A DNA stretch of 64,000 nt from Mytilus californianus (taxonomy: Eukaryota). The notes beneath the pieces are model-generated. The model had not been told where the DNA came from. It saw only the letters and a program-made list of their open reading frames with translations, and did not search any database. The DNA lies in NCBI RefSeq assembly GCF_021869535.1, contig NW_026262723.1, positions 41,168,001 through 41,232,000 of the forward strand, given 5' to 3'. The translations under genes and the position numbers were made by a program. Every line of letters starts with the position of its first letter. Positions within the stretch are counted from its first letter, which is position 1. Shown in pieces: positions 1 through 38,589 of this stretch.

Positions 1-692
1 ATAAAAGAAAAGGTACTTAGAATGCTCTATGAAATGTTATCCAGCATAATAGCAGGGGGACAGTTGGATTTTATTTGAATACTTGCTGACATCAATATAT
101 TATTTTACTGCTGCAATTCCACTGGAACTTATAATAAATTTAATTAAAATTTGCATGAGCAAGTATTAAAATAAAACATATACCTCCAATTCAAATGCAA
201 TGTCAAATTATTCATGCTATAAATTGTTAGTTTCTACTATGAAAGAAATGTAGGTCGAAGAAATGAATGCATATGTTCTTCTCATGTGATATGCTCGACA
301 GGTAAAATAAGAAATACCTGGGAGAGTCTATGTCACTCATTCTTTACAAAAATATAAAATTATGAACACTACAATTTGACACAAAATCACAATTTTCTGC
401 TATTTTTTTGAGAACTTTTCTAAAACAATTTACATGAATGACATTGCACATTTGTAAATCAACATTTAAAAAGAATGAATTTACAAGTTTTCAGACACAA
501 CTCTGCCTGGAAAAACAACATTAAAATTGAACATTTAAACATATTGATTGCAGAAAAAAAAATACCCCTCAGTCCAATGTGCATTACAAAATGCTGGGCT
601 ATAATTTCTAAACACAATATCAAGGCTAGGAGAGAGATGTGTAATGGTGGATGCACCATATCTGTCCAGAGATAGCACTAAAGATGAAAAGT

Positions 693-9652
<8,960 letters not shown>

Positions 9653-10123
9653 TTCGAAAAGATATGTTTACATGTATTGAACTTGACAAAATGTATACAG
9701 AAATGCGCTATTTTTCTCTTAAATGGTGTTAATATCAAGTCTCAGCACATCGAGGCGCCGACAAAATGGCTGTGTCTTCCTTCTCGAGTGACGTCACTTT
9801 CATAAATAATTGTTAACGAATAGAAATTTTTATTTATATAAGGTTAATCAAAATGGCGAATAACTAAATTAAGAACGAATCGTTATGTGTGTCATTATTT
9901 ATCTTAAATGATTAAAATTTTTAATGCAAATATAAACTGGTTTCTGAGTCACTTTGCTGGTGTCCTATTTCAATAAGTGACACCTATCGGAATTTTTCTA
10001 AACCAAGCGAGTTAAGAACATACTTCCTTTTCCGGTTTGCCCGTCTTAGTTCATGGCGAACTAAATAAGTTATATCGAATCTGCGCCAATCATAGTTGAA
10101 ATCTCATTAAAAACAAGAAAACA
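9653..10123. promoter_or_regulatory. Bidirectional promoter shared by PP2Ac and RACK1
   Basis: The two ATGs diverge 471 bp apart. Motifs: YY1-type AAAATGGC at 9763-9770 and 9850-9858; palindromic CRE GTGACGTCAC at 9788-9797; TCT/5'TOP initiator CTTCCTTTTCC at 10023-10033; GCCAATCA near 10085. Confidence 0.75.
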
Positions 10124-26724
<16,601 letters not shown>

Positions 26725-27048
26725 AATTAAGTGACATTGATCCATGGAGATAGTGCTGTGAAATAAAAAAAACTTCCTGAAGAAAATATCTTGTTCAACC
26801 TTTCTGCGTTTACCAAGAATAGTTTTGGTCTTCATGGACACAAAACTAGGCCAAGAAGGCGTTTTATTAGATCATAAGTCTTAAAGGCCTAAATGATGAG
26901 CTTAAGCCATTACTTAGTGTCCATCAGTCATAATCTTTATAGAATATCCCCCCCACTACTGAACTCATACAAAGAAAACTTCACATAATAGATCCTGAAG
27001 GTGTCTTAATTGTTGTTTAGACATTATATTAGTATATATCAACAAACA

Positions 27049-28661
27049 TTATATGCCTGTTTACAGGACGTATTATGGTATACTGCTGTCCGTCGTCAAC
27101 ATGTCGGACATTTACTCAAAAACGCTTCAACTAATTTGCATAAAACTTTGGTGAATTGTTCATATCTCTTGATGTGAGCTCCCTTTCGTTTTTTATAAAA
27201 TTTAGATTTTACTTTTCTGAGTTATGGGGTTTTATTCATTAAAAAAGGGGGGATTTTCCAGTTTTCGGACAATAACTCAAAAATGCTTTCACCAATTTGC
27301 AAGAAACTTTAGTCAATTGTTTATATCTATTGACATGAGCTCCCTTTTGATTTTTATAAATTTTAGATTTTATGTTTCCGAGTTTAGAGTTTTATTCATT
27401 AAAAAAATGGGGGATTTTCCAGGTTTCAAACAATAACTCAAAAATGCTTTCGGCAGTTCTCATGAAAATTTTGAGAATTGTTTATATCTATTGATTTAAG
27501 CCCCCTTTCAATTTTTATAAATTTTAGATTTTACACTTCTTGAGTTATGGGATTTTATTCATAAAAAAGGTGTGGATTTTATTCATAAAAAAGGTGTGAT
27601 TTTCTAGTTTTCGGACAATACCTTTAAAGTGCTTTGAGCAGTTTTCATTAAAATTGGGTGACTGGGTTATATCCATTAAGATAACCTACCTTTATTATTT
27701 ATGACATTGAGAAGTTATTGAACTTTATTCGTAAAAAATGCGAAGGGCGTATCATGCGCTCATGGCGCACACCTGTTTATTGTCGAGCCTTCGACTTTGT
27801 CGAAAAAGCGAGACATAGCGATCCTACATTCCGTCGGCGTCGTCGTCGTCGTCGTCGTCGTCGGCGGCGTCCACAAATATTCACTCTGTGGTTAAAGTTT
27901 TTGAAATTTTAATAACTTTCTTAAACTATCCTGGATGTCTACCAAACTTGGACAGAAGCTTGTTTATGATCATAAGATAATATTCAAATGTAAATTTTGT
28001 AAAAAAAAAATTCCATTTTTTCCGTATTTTACTTATAAATGGACTTAGTTTTTCTGCCAGGAAACATTACATTCACTCTGTGGTTAAAGTTTTTGAAATT
28101 TTAATAACTTTCTTAAACTATCCTGGATTTCTACCAAACTTGGACAGAAGCTTGTTTATGATCATAAGATAGTATCCAGAAGGAAATTTGAAAAAAAAAA
28201 AATCCATTTTTTACGACTTTTACTTATAAATGGACTTAGTTTTTCTGCCAGTTAACATTACATTCACTCTGTGGTTAAAGTTTTTAAAATTTTAACAACT
28301 TTCTTAAACTATCCTGGATTTGTACCAAACTTGGACAGAAGCTTGTTCATGATTAAAAGCTAGTATCTAGAAGGAAATTTTGTTAAAATTTTGTTCCATT
28401 TTTCCGTATTTTACTTATAAATGGACTTAGTTTTTCTTCCAGTTAACATTACATACAGTCTGCAGTTTAAGTTTTTATAACATTTATTAGATTCATAAAC
28501 TATCCTGGATTTTTACCAAACTTGGACAGAAGCTACTTACAATCTAAAGATAGTATAGAGAGGAATATTTTTATTAATTTTTTTCCTCATTTTTTTTTAG
28601 CCTGTGATTAACAGCAAAAGTAGGCGAGACACTGGGTTCCGCGGAACCCTTACGAATTTTT
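27049..28661 (+). mobile_element. Adjacent family R3 (27049-27778) and family R2 (27776-28661) Helentron/DINE-like elements
   Basis: R2: left TGTCGAGCCTTCGAC...GCGAGAC, (GTC)n, ~180-bp tandem subunits, right GGCGAGACACTGGGTTCCGCGGAACCC hairpin plus T-run. Confidence 0.85.
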
Positions 28662-29584
28662 ATATTTTAAACGGGTTTTCTGAAGGAAAAATTCTGTTAT
28701 TAAATTAGTGAAGTATGGTGGATAGGTAGCTTGCTACCAACTGTTTATGTGCAACTTATGAATCGTTCAACCAATGCTTTTGAAAGTTTAATATGTTGAT
28801 ACTGATGACAATCAATTTTGATTTACCTTTTTAAACTTGGAAAATCATAATAGAATAACTACAAAAAAAGACAAAGGAAAATGTGAATTTTAATGAACCC
28901 ATTTATCAACTCCTTATAAGAGTTAATGCCCTTAAAGTACTATTTTGTATTTATCTTGAAAATTATAAATGGACATACCATGAAAAAATCAAAAAAATCT
29001 GTAACAATACAAGATCTACCAAATGCCAATATGACTGAATACATAAATTGACCTGGTATATTGTATTGCTCTTATGAAATAAGGATTTTATTTTTACCTA
29101 TCATCTTTAAAACTATGACAGACTGAAACAACACTGTCAAATCAAAGCAAAATCTTAAAAAACATAAAATGATTGGAACCATTTATCAACTACTTGTAGA
29201 AGTTATTGCACTTAAAAAGAGAGGCAAAAGATACCAAAAAGATCTTTGAACTTGTAAGCCGAAAATGACAACTTCTGAAAACTAATATAGAAAGACCAAA
29301 AACCTTTAAACAGCAAAAATGATCAGCAATACAAGATATGAATGATTGGATAAATTTTGTAAAGATTGTTTAAGCTCACCTGGTCTAAATGCAAAATGAG
29401 CTAATGCTATCACTTGGCCTCTGTCTTCTTAAACTTTTTTCAAAGGTCTCCTCCCCTGAAACTACTGAACCAAACTTGGGGTGAACAATCCTTTTGGTAT
29501 CTGTATAAAGTGTGTGTTTTTTTTTCAAATTCTGCTGTCAACCAAGCTGCCATGGCTTATAAACAACATAGAGTTTAAATGCTG

Positions 29585-32500
29585 TTTGTATACGACCGCA
29601 AAAAATATTTGCGGTCGTATATTGGTATGGTGTCGGTGTCGTCGTCCGAAGACGCATTGGTTTTCGCACTCTTAACTTTAGTTTAAGTGAATTGATCTCT
29701 ATGAAATTTTACCATAAGGTTCAATACCTCAAAAGGAAGGTTGGGATTGATTTTGGGGTTATGGTACCAACAGTACCAAAAAGGGGCCAAAAATCAGCAT
29801 TTTTGTAACTTCCAGACATAACTTGTGTGTTAGTGTATGGATCTCTCTGACATTGTACCACAAGGTTCCATATCACATAGGGAATGCTGGGATTGATTTT
29901 GGGGGTAATTGCCTCAAAATATTAGGAATTAGGGGCAAAAAAAAAGCATTTTTCTAGTTTCATGATAATAACTTGTGTGTAAGTGTATGGATCTTTCTGA
30001 AATTGTACTACAAGGTTCCATATCACAAAGGGAAAGCTGGAATTGATTTTGGGGGTAATTGCCCAAAACATTTAGGAAAAAGGGGCCAAAAATAAGCATT
30101 TTTCTAGTTTCCAGACAATAAGTTGTGTTCAAGTGTATGGATCTCTCTGAAATTGTACTGCAAGGTACCATACCACAAAGGGAAGGCTGGGATTGAGTTT
30201 GGGGGTGATGAATCATAAGGGGTTCAAAAAATTTGGGGGGTTTCCTTTTTTTTCTTTTAAAATTTTCCATTTTAAGTTGGTTATTTCTGTGTTATATTTA
30301 AAAGCAAATAATAATGATATGGTAGTAGATACACACCAAACAGGATGTGTTAATTTTTATATAATAAGTATTGTGCAATAGCAACAAATTTTCAATTGCA
30401 CAGTATTGCACAATAGCAAGAAATCTTCAATTGCACAGTATTGCGCAATAGCAAGAAATCTTCAATTCCACAGTATTGTGCAATAGCAAGAAATATCCAA
30501 TAGCACAATATTGCGCAATAGCAAGAAATTGTCAATTGTACAGTATTGTGCAATAGCAAGAAATATTCAATTGCACAGTATTGTGCAAAAGAAGATACTT
30601 CGTATAAATTGCTTATTTCTTGACCAATTTCAATGGGGTTTTATTCTTGAATTCTTGGGGTTCTTTAATATGCTGATTCTAACCGTGTATTAAGTTTTTA
30701 TACGACCGCAAAAAAATTTTTGTGGTCGTATATTGGTATGACGTCGTCGTCGTCGTCCGGCGTCGTCGTCCGAATACACATTAGTTTTCGCACTCTAACT
30801 TTAGTTTAAGTGAATGGATCTCATTGAAATTTTACCATAAGGTTCAATACCACAAAAGGAAGGTGGGGATTGATTTTGGGGGTTATGGTACTAACAGTTA
30901 AGGAATTAGGGGCCAAAAGGGGCTAAAAATAAGCATTTTTGTAACTTCCAGACATAACTTGTGTGTAAGTGTATGGATCTCTCTGACATTGTACCACAAG
31001 GTTCCATATCACAAAGGGAATGCTGGGATTGATTTTGGGGGTAATTGTCTCCAAATTTTAGGAATTAGGGGCCAAAAAGGGGCAAAAAACAAGCATTTTT
31101 CTAGTTTCATGACAATAACTTGTTTGTAAGTGTATGGATCTTTATGAAATTGTACTACAAGGTTCCATATCACAAAGGGAATACTGGGATTGATTTTTGG
31201 GGTAATTTCCTCCAAATATTAGGAATTAGGGGCCAAAAAGGGGCAAAAAACAAGCATTTTTCTAGTTTCATGACAATAACTTGTTTGTAAGTGTATGGAT
31301 CTTTATGAAATTGTACTACAAGGTTCCATATCACAAAGGGAAGGCTGGGATTGATTTTGGGGGTTTTTCCCTCAAAATTTTAGTAATTAGGGGCCATAAA
31401 AGGGCAAAAAAAAACATGCATTTTTCTAGTTTCAGGACAATAACTTGTGTGTAAGTGTATGGATCTTTATGAAATTGTACTGCAAGGTTCCATATCACAA
31501 AGGGAAAGCTGGAATTGAGTTTGGGGGTAATTGCCCTAAACGTTTAGGAATTTGGGGCCAAAAAGGGGCCAAAAAACAAGCATTTTTCTAGTTTCCAGAC
31601 AATAACTTGTGTTAAAGTGTATGAATCTCTCTGAAATTGTACTGCAAGGTACCATACCACAAAGGGAAAGCTGGGATTGAGTTTGGGGGGCGATGAATCA
31701 TAAGGGGGTTCAAAAAATTGGGGGGGGGGGGATTTTTTTTTCCCTTTTTTTTCTTTAACATTTTCCATTTTAAATTGGTTATTTCTGATTTATATATAAA
31801 AGCAAATAATAATGATATGGTTTGAATAGGCATACATGTGAACCTCCCGACTGGAGTACAATAATCCCGTTTTCAGGGGTCTCCTCCCCCCTCCCGTTGA
31901 AAAAATCCTGTGTATGAAATTTTTCATGAATGAAAAATTTCTGCCCAACATAACATCTCAGGCATCTGGTGTAACTGACATTACCTGAAGTTATATTTTA
32001 CCTGTAAATCAATTAACATGCATAATTATATGGCTTCACTTGTCAGCTTGGGTGTCAAACATACTGGTAAGCAATGATTTTTACCTCAGGCTAACTGCCG
32101 TTGTGTAACAAGAACTGTGTATTTATTGGGTTACTTCCCTTGATTTATCCTGTTTTAAGTTACTTTCCTTTTAATAATGAAAATTTTTAAAAGAATATAA
32201 ATAAAATATAAATTGAACAAATAATCATAAAAGGATGGTTATTAAATGATTTTAAATGTCTTAGGACAAATAAAAAAATAATAATTTGAAAACTATTTGA
32301 GGATTCTATACTTCCTTTTAAGGCTTAAATTGAAATTTATATAATAACTATGACCCTAACTTTTCAGATAGAATGAATTTCTGAGTTTGCAAATAAAAAC
32401 TATTTGCAAGAGAAAAAAAAAAAAAATAAAAACTATTTGCAGACAGCTAAACAAATGTTCTGGTTGCAATGATTGTTTTATAGAATATGAAGTAAAAAAT

Positions 32501-33709
32501 TTAAAGAACATACTGGAAAAAAACAATGTTAGATTGAACATGTAGAATATAAAGATGGAGAAACTTTATAAGTACAAGGGTACTATAAACATAATAAATT
32601 GGTTGGAAAGTTGAAGAAAACACACTTTAAAAGACCATTTTTACAGCACACGGTTACATTTACAACAAAATTAATGTCGATTAAAAACCTCCTGATCTGA
32701 GTCCTAATCTCCTGACCAAAATTTCCCAATCTCCTGATCTGAGTTTCACAGTCCATCACATGTATGAATAGGTAAATTGAAAATTTTTAAGTTCTTAGAC
32801 CACTTTCATTCTGTGTCAGAAACCTATGCTGTGTCAAATATTTAATTACAATCCAAATTCAGTGCTGTATCAAGCTTGAATGTTGTGTCCATACTTGCCC
32901 CAACTGTTCAGGGTTCGACCTCTGCGGTCGTATCAAGCTGCGCCCCAGCGGAGCATTTTATTGGATTTTGGGCCCCGTTTTTTAATTGGTCCACATTGAG
33001 GTCCAAAGGGTCCAAAATTAAACTTTGTTTGATTTCATCAAAAATTGAATTATTGGGGTTCTTTGATATGCCGAATCTAACCGTGTATTTAGATTCTTAA
33101 TTTTTGGTTCCGTTTTCAAATTGGTCTACATTAAGGTCCAAAGGGTCCAAAATTAAACTTAGTTTGATTTTAACAAAAATTGAATTCTAAGGGTTCTTTG
33201 ATATGCTGAATCTTAACATGTATTTAGATTTTTTATCATGGGCCCAGTTTTCAAGTTGGTCCAAATCGGGGTCCAAAATTAAACTTTGTTTGATTTCAAC
33301 AAAAATTGAATATATGGGGTTCTTTGATATGCTGAATATAACCATGTATTTAGATTTTTGATTTTTGGGCCCCATTATCAACTTTGTCCACATTGAGGTC
33401 AAAAGGGTCCAAAATTAAACTTTGTTTGATTTCATCAAAAATTGAATTCTTGGGGTTCTTTGATATGCTGAATCTAACCATGTATTTAGATTTTGGATAT
33501 TGGACCATAATAGGTGAATGTCCAATTTAAAATTTTTAAGTTCTTAGACCACATTCATTCTGTGTCAGAAACCTATGCTGTGTCAAATATTTAATCACAA
33601 TCCAAATTCAGAGCTGTATCAAGCTTGAATGTTGTGTCCATACTTGCCCCAACTGTTCAGGGTTCGACCTCTGCAGTCGTATCAAGCTGCGCCCTGCTGG
33701 GAGCATTTT
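29585..33709 (+). mobile_element. Family R1 element (29585-30697 plus 32960-33709) containing an internally deleted R1 copy (30695-32959)
   Basis: The host junction GTATTAAGTTTTT|GGATTTTGGGCCCC, intact at about 19395, is split by the inner copy. Confidence 0.8.
31831..32766. mobile_element. 936-bp non-autonomous DNA element with 10-bp TIRs and apparent 6-bp TSD
   Basis: CATACATGTG...CACATGTATG, flanked by AATAGG on both sides. AATAGG is part of the R1 consensus at this point. Confidence 0.65.
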
Positions 33710-34809
33710 ATTGCCTTATATTTTAAAAACTTAAATCAGTTGGAGCAAAAATGACATGACAAAAAATTAGCAGGTCAAGATTTATTTGCTAGAAAATTAT
33801 CAGATGAATCCGACAACCCAATTTAGAGTTGTTGCTCCTAAAATAATAACTTTTAGAAATTTCTCAGTATTTGTTTATGATCTTGAAATCTATTATAGAT
33901 AAAAAGAAATTTTTAATAGCAAAATATTCAGCAAAGCAAGATCTACCAATAAGCCATAGGATTGAATTAGTCCATTGATCCCTGAAGGAGTTACTTCCCT
34001 TAGAAGCCTATTTTTGTTAAACTTTTTAAGTTTAGTTCTGAAACTATGATAGATATACAAAAACTTTGTCAGATGACTAAAAATGTTAAGCAAAGTAAGA
34101 CCTACAAATAAGTCATCATGACTGAAATTGTCATTTAAACCTTTTAATATAGGAGTAATAACCATTGAAAGACCATTTTTTTGCAGGAACTATGATAGAA
34201 ACTTCAAACAGCAAAGTAAGACCTTCAAATAATTATATGTGTCTCAATTAATCATTATAGTTGTGGCCCTTGAAAGATAATTTTTTACAATTTTTTTTAG
34301 TTTTTTGCTGAAACTAGGATGGGTAGAAACTTATTTGCCAAAAATGTTCAGCATAGTAAGAACTAATAATTCAACGTGAGCAAAATCATTAATTAATCCC
34401 TTATTGGAGCTGTTTGCCTTGAAAGATTATTTTTACCATTTTTTTTGGTTTTTCATAGCAACTATGATAGATAGAGCTAGGAAATCTTTAAAAGGCAAAA
34501 CAGTTCAAAGTAACCCTTCAAATAAGTCAAATAACCAAAATTGACAATAAACTTCTTATATTAAAGAGTCATAGATTAAAAAAGTATGTAAATCATCGTT
34601 TTACCTCAATTTGAATGATTTTTTTGTGAGCTGGATAGAACAGGCAACTATAGACCTGTTCATATCTTGCAACTGAAGTTGATTAAGCTCTTTAAACAAT
34701 TTAAGACTTGAAATTGACATTGATTTGCTGAACACAGCATCAAGTGAGTCAACTAAACAAAGTTTATTAAGCTCTTTAAACAATTTAAGACTTGAAATTA
34801 ACATACATA

Positions 34810-35535
34810 TTTTTATGCCCCTCGCCGTAGCGGTGGGGGCATTAAGTTTTACCCTTTTCCGTCTACATACGTACCTCCCAAAATTGGTTTCAGTTCTCTC
34901 ACTTGAGTTTGCCTCAACCAAATGTTATGAAACTTATACACAATGCTTATTACCACAAAACACAGATCAAATTCGAATTTTGGTGGAGTCACTTTAACCG
35001 TTCTAGAGTTATGCCCCTTTATAAATGGAAAAATTGCAAAATTTTTAGTTTCTTCTAAATATCAAGTAATTTTTAAAATTGGAGTTATCTTCCTTTGTCC
35101 ATGATTATAGTTGAATCAACTACAATCAATGCTTTATACAATTCAATGTTTAATTTTGACTTCCACTGATAAAACACAGATCAAGTTGAATTTAGGTCGT
35201 GTCACTTTAACCATTATTGAGTTATGCCCCTTTATAAATCGAAAGATTGCAAAATTTTTAGTTTCCATTCTGTAACTTAAGTTTGCCCCAACCAAACATT
35301 ATGAAACCTATACACAATATTCATTACCACAAAACTAAGATCAAGTACAAATTTTTGTTTCCGTTTTCTAACTTTAGTTTGCCTCTACCAAATGTTATGA
35401 AACTTATACACAATGCTTATTACCACAAAACTCTGATCAAGTTCAAATTTGGGTAGCGTCACTTTTACCGTTCTTCAGTTATGTCCCTTTATAACTATAT
35501 GATATGCAAGCGGGGGCATCATCTGTGTCCACATT
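34810..35535 (+). mobile_element. Helentron/DINE-like element, family R4
   Basis: Left TTTTTATGCCCCTCGCCGTAGCGGTGGGGGCAT hairpin; tandem subunits (GTTATGAAACTTATACACAATG); right subTIR GGGGGCATC. Confidence 0.7.
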
Positions 35536-35539
35536 TATT

Positions 35540-36140
35540 CGAACATCTTTTGATAGATATATGGTAGAATTGATCACTTGTTGACCAATTGGGAACTCTC
35601 CATTTCTATGGATCAATATTCCAGCAGCGCCAGCATATGGAGTATATATCTCCTAGTTGATACATTATTCCAGGGCTTGCGATATCTATCATGATTTCAA
35701 TGATTGGGGTTTGCTGCTCACAAGGAAGCTATTGAAACAAGCGTTTTAAAGTTGTAAAGTTGAAATCATCCTTTCGAAAATTTGACTTGATCACTAGTTG
35801 GTTGACCGTCATGGATTAGATGATGACGGATATGTTCAAATCGTCATAACCACAATCCTGCCCTCTTTTTCCCCAAATGTGACTTACCGAATTACTCTCC
35901 ATCAGGTTTGTACTTAAGCAGCAGGACAGTTGCCACATGTGGAGCAAGATCTGCTTACCCTTCTGGACCACCTGAGATTGTTCTCATCTTTAGTGGGGTT
36001 CGTGTTGCTCAGTCTTTAGTTTTATGTTGTTGTTTGTGTACTATTGTTTGTATTTTGGTCTTTTTTTGCCATCATGATGTCAGTTCATTTTCAACTGATA
36101 AGTTTGAATGTCCCTTTGCTATCTTTTGTCTCTCTTGTTA
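35540..36140 (+). pseudogene. Decayed 3' end of a retroelement (RT-associated C-terminal domain plus 3' tail)
   Basis: Translates NIPAAPAYGVYIS*LIHYSRACDIYHDFNDWGLLLTRKLLKQAF* with stops. It is followed by a tail (GTGGGGTTCGTGTTGCTCAGTC...TTTGAATGTCCCTTTG) that recurs at about 53040-53226 (-), 58760-58970 (-) and 44350-44430 (-). Clade not determinable by eye. Confidence 0.7.
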
Positions 36141-36712
36141 ACAGTTGTATGGTATTCTGGTAGGAAAAAAAGCTGAAAAAAGAGAAGGTAGGTGGCCACT
36201 GTTTGTTTTTATTTTAATTGCAAAATTGTCCCAAGTATAATGACTAGCAAAAAAAACATCTACAGATGTTCAAAATGTCTGTCAAATACACCCATATCAC
36301 TGTTCTTGAATTTTGTGATCACAAGTCTTGCTAAGCAAATATTGCTCTGGCAAACAAAATTCTTGAATTTTGGAAAAAATTGCAAAAAAAAAAACCCATA
36401 TTTTGAGATCTTTATTGATATCTAGACCTGTGGGACACCCTTGCCCCAACAGATGTTATGTTAAAAAATTTGTGAATGTGAAATAATTTCATTTGGAAAA
36501 GGGTTTTTTCATATCCAATTTTAACCAAGAAACTATGTAAAATTTTACAATATGGGGGCAAAAATGTCAATTGTGAGAGTCTAATATTGATATCAAAACA
36601 TTTTTTTAACGAGTGACCCGACTTTATAATATTCTTCACTCAGCAGTGAAATTAACAATGTTGAAAGGATTGATGACTTAACTTTGAAGGAAGTAAATAA
36701 TAACTCTTAATA

Positions 36713-36956
36713 GGGGGCCTCAGAGGTCCAGTGGTTTAAGTAGTCAAACTACTGTATCACTAGCCTGTGAGTTCAAATCCTGCACGTGGCAGGTGCTCGA
36801 CTCCAATCTTTATTGACTATGATTGTCAGTTTTCATATAAGGTCGGTGGTTCTCTCTGGGCACTCTGGCTTCCTCCACCAATAAAAACTGATGGCCATGA
36901 AAAATCACAATAGTACTGAATGTGGAGTTAAACATCAATCAATCAATCAATCAATA
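36713..36956 (+). mobile_element. tRNA-derived SINE with V-domain-like core and (ATCA)n tail
   Basis: A-box-like GGTCCAGTGGTTTAAG, B-box GAGTTCAAATCC, core GGTTCTCTCTGGGCACTCTGGCTTCCTCCACC, (ATCA)n tail; 12-bp TSD AATAACTCTTAA on both sides. Confidence 0.8.
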
Positions 36957-37511
36957 AATAACTCTTAACTAAATATTCAATAACTTAAAATACGTACATA
37001 TATGCATTCATTACATGAGTAAAGAGGCTCCTTGCAAGGCTTCCAAAACTGTCATATTTGCCGGACAAAATATAAATTCATTGTGTGTCTCTCAATTGCA
37101 GGAATTTTAAGAGCCAGAGCACTAGTTTACTCACCCGATTGCAATGTAAGGAATGCTAATGGCCTTTATATTGTACATATCTTACTTCAAACAAAATATT
37201 ATAGTTTATTGATAAAACAAGGAAGTAAAATGTACAAATATTTATTTCGTTAACTAACAACATTCTGATAAATTTCCTTTAAAGCTATTTACTTGGGTTT
37301 TTATACATTAGTAAAATGCAGATTTCTGTTTAACCATATGACAGACAATATAAAATAGCTATATTTCTCCAAAGCAAAGAAAAACATAAAAATTTGTATG
37401 CATCATGAAATACAGCTTTTGTCGTGTATTTGTTCACTGTGAAAAAAAATAGTAAGAACCATATGTATACAAATAAATTTTAAATATATTGATAATTCAC
37501 TATGAAAATAT

Positions 37512-37657
37512 ACAATATTAGGTCAATGTCAGAAAAATATAAACTTTTTTGTGTGAGGCTGAGAAACTGGGGAAGGGCAATGTTTTACCGAGCTCTTCCC
37601 CAGTTTTGTGCTGAATACAAAAAAGTTTATATTTTTCTGACATTGACCTAATATTGT
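37512..37657. repeat. Near-perfect foldback (41-bp outer arms plus 12-bp inner arms)
   Basis: ACAATATTAGGTCAATGTCAGAAAAATATAAACTTTTTTGT and its reverse complement; inner AAACTGGGGAAG/CTTCCCCAGTTT. Confidence 0.85.
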
Positions 37658-37923
37658 TTTTATACTGCAACTTGAATCAAAACAGTGATAGCTATTTAAA
37701 TTGTAACACAAATTTCAAACTTAACACAGCTAGTTGTAGTATAAATCAAATTACTTAAGTATCAAGATGTACAAATAAAACTGAAATAATAAACATGCTC
37801 AAGATTATATAAAATGAAATAGATATGAAAGTGGAGAATTTTGTTATGAAATATTTTTCTTGTTAAATAGTAAACTGCTGATCTTTACTTTTCATAGTAT
37901 TAAAATAAGTATTGTATGCATAA

Positions 37924-38194
37924 GGGAGATACCATTTGATTTTTATGGGGGGGGGGGGGGGGGGGGGGGGGCCTAGGATGAAATATTTTGTCTTGCATTT
38001 TTTTTTTAGTTGTAATCTCTGTCCTGCCTTTTTATTTTGCACTCTATTCGGTCCTGCCTTTTCTTTATTAGTTTATCCTGACTTTTTTTACCTAAATTGT
38101 CATCCTGCCTTTTTTTTTTTTGCAAAGTGTCTCATCCTGCCTATTTTTTTCAAATTTCATCCTAGCCCCCCATAAAAATCAAATGGTAGCTCCC
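37924..38194. mobile_element. PIF/Harbinger-type MITE
   Basis: TIRs GGGAGATACCATTTGATTTTTATGGGGGG / CCCCCCATAAAAATCAAATGGTAGCTCCC; TAA TSD. Second copy at 41401-42105. Confidence 0.85.
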
Positions 38195-38589
38195 TAAGAT
38201 ACATTGTTCTGTTGACAATTAATGTAGCATAATTTGATAAAAATGGTTTTGAATAATCAATTGATCGTTACATAATGTACAGCTACTAATATCATATCCA
38301 TACTTTGCAAAAATAAAAATTGAATACTAGAATAATAATTCAATTGTATTTCCTGTTCCAAATAAGTTCAATGACTTATTGTATTATTCTATAACAAAAC
38401 TTAACAAACAAATCTGAATAGCATATGTAACAATGTACAAAATATGAGTTAAAATTAATAATAAGTAATATAATCATTTAAATGTCATACATTTTGATTC
38501 ACTGCATCTTTAATAGCAATCCTAAAACCTCAAATTATTCTGATTGGTCAATAAATACCCTTTCCATTATCTTCCATACTGTGCACTGC

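Noticed and set aside
34682-34799. 34-bp exact duplication at 84-bp spacing, translating to LRR-like LKLFKELNKLCL on the minus strand with a donor near 34602
   Set aside because: Both strands give similar Leu-rich text, and no convincing acceptor or partner exons were found. Treated as a short local duplication.
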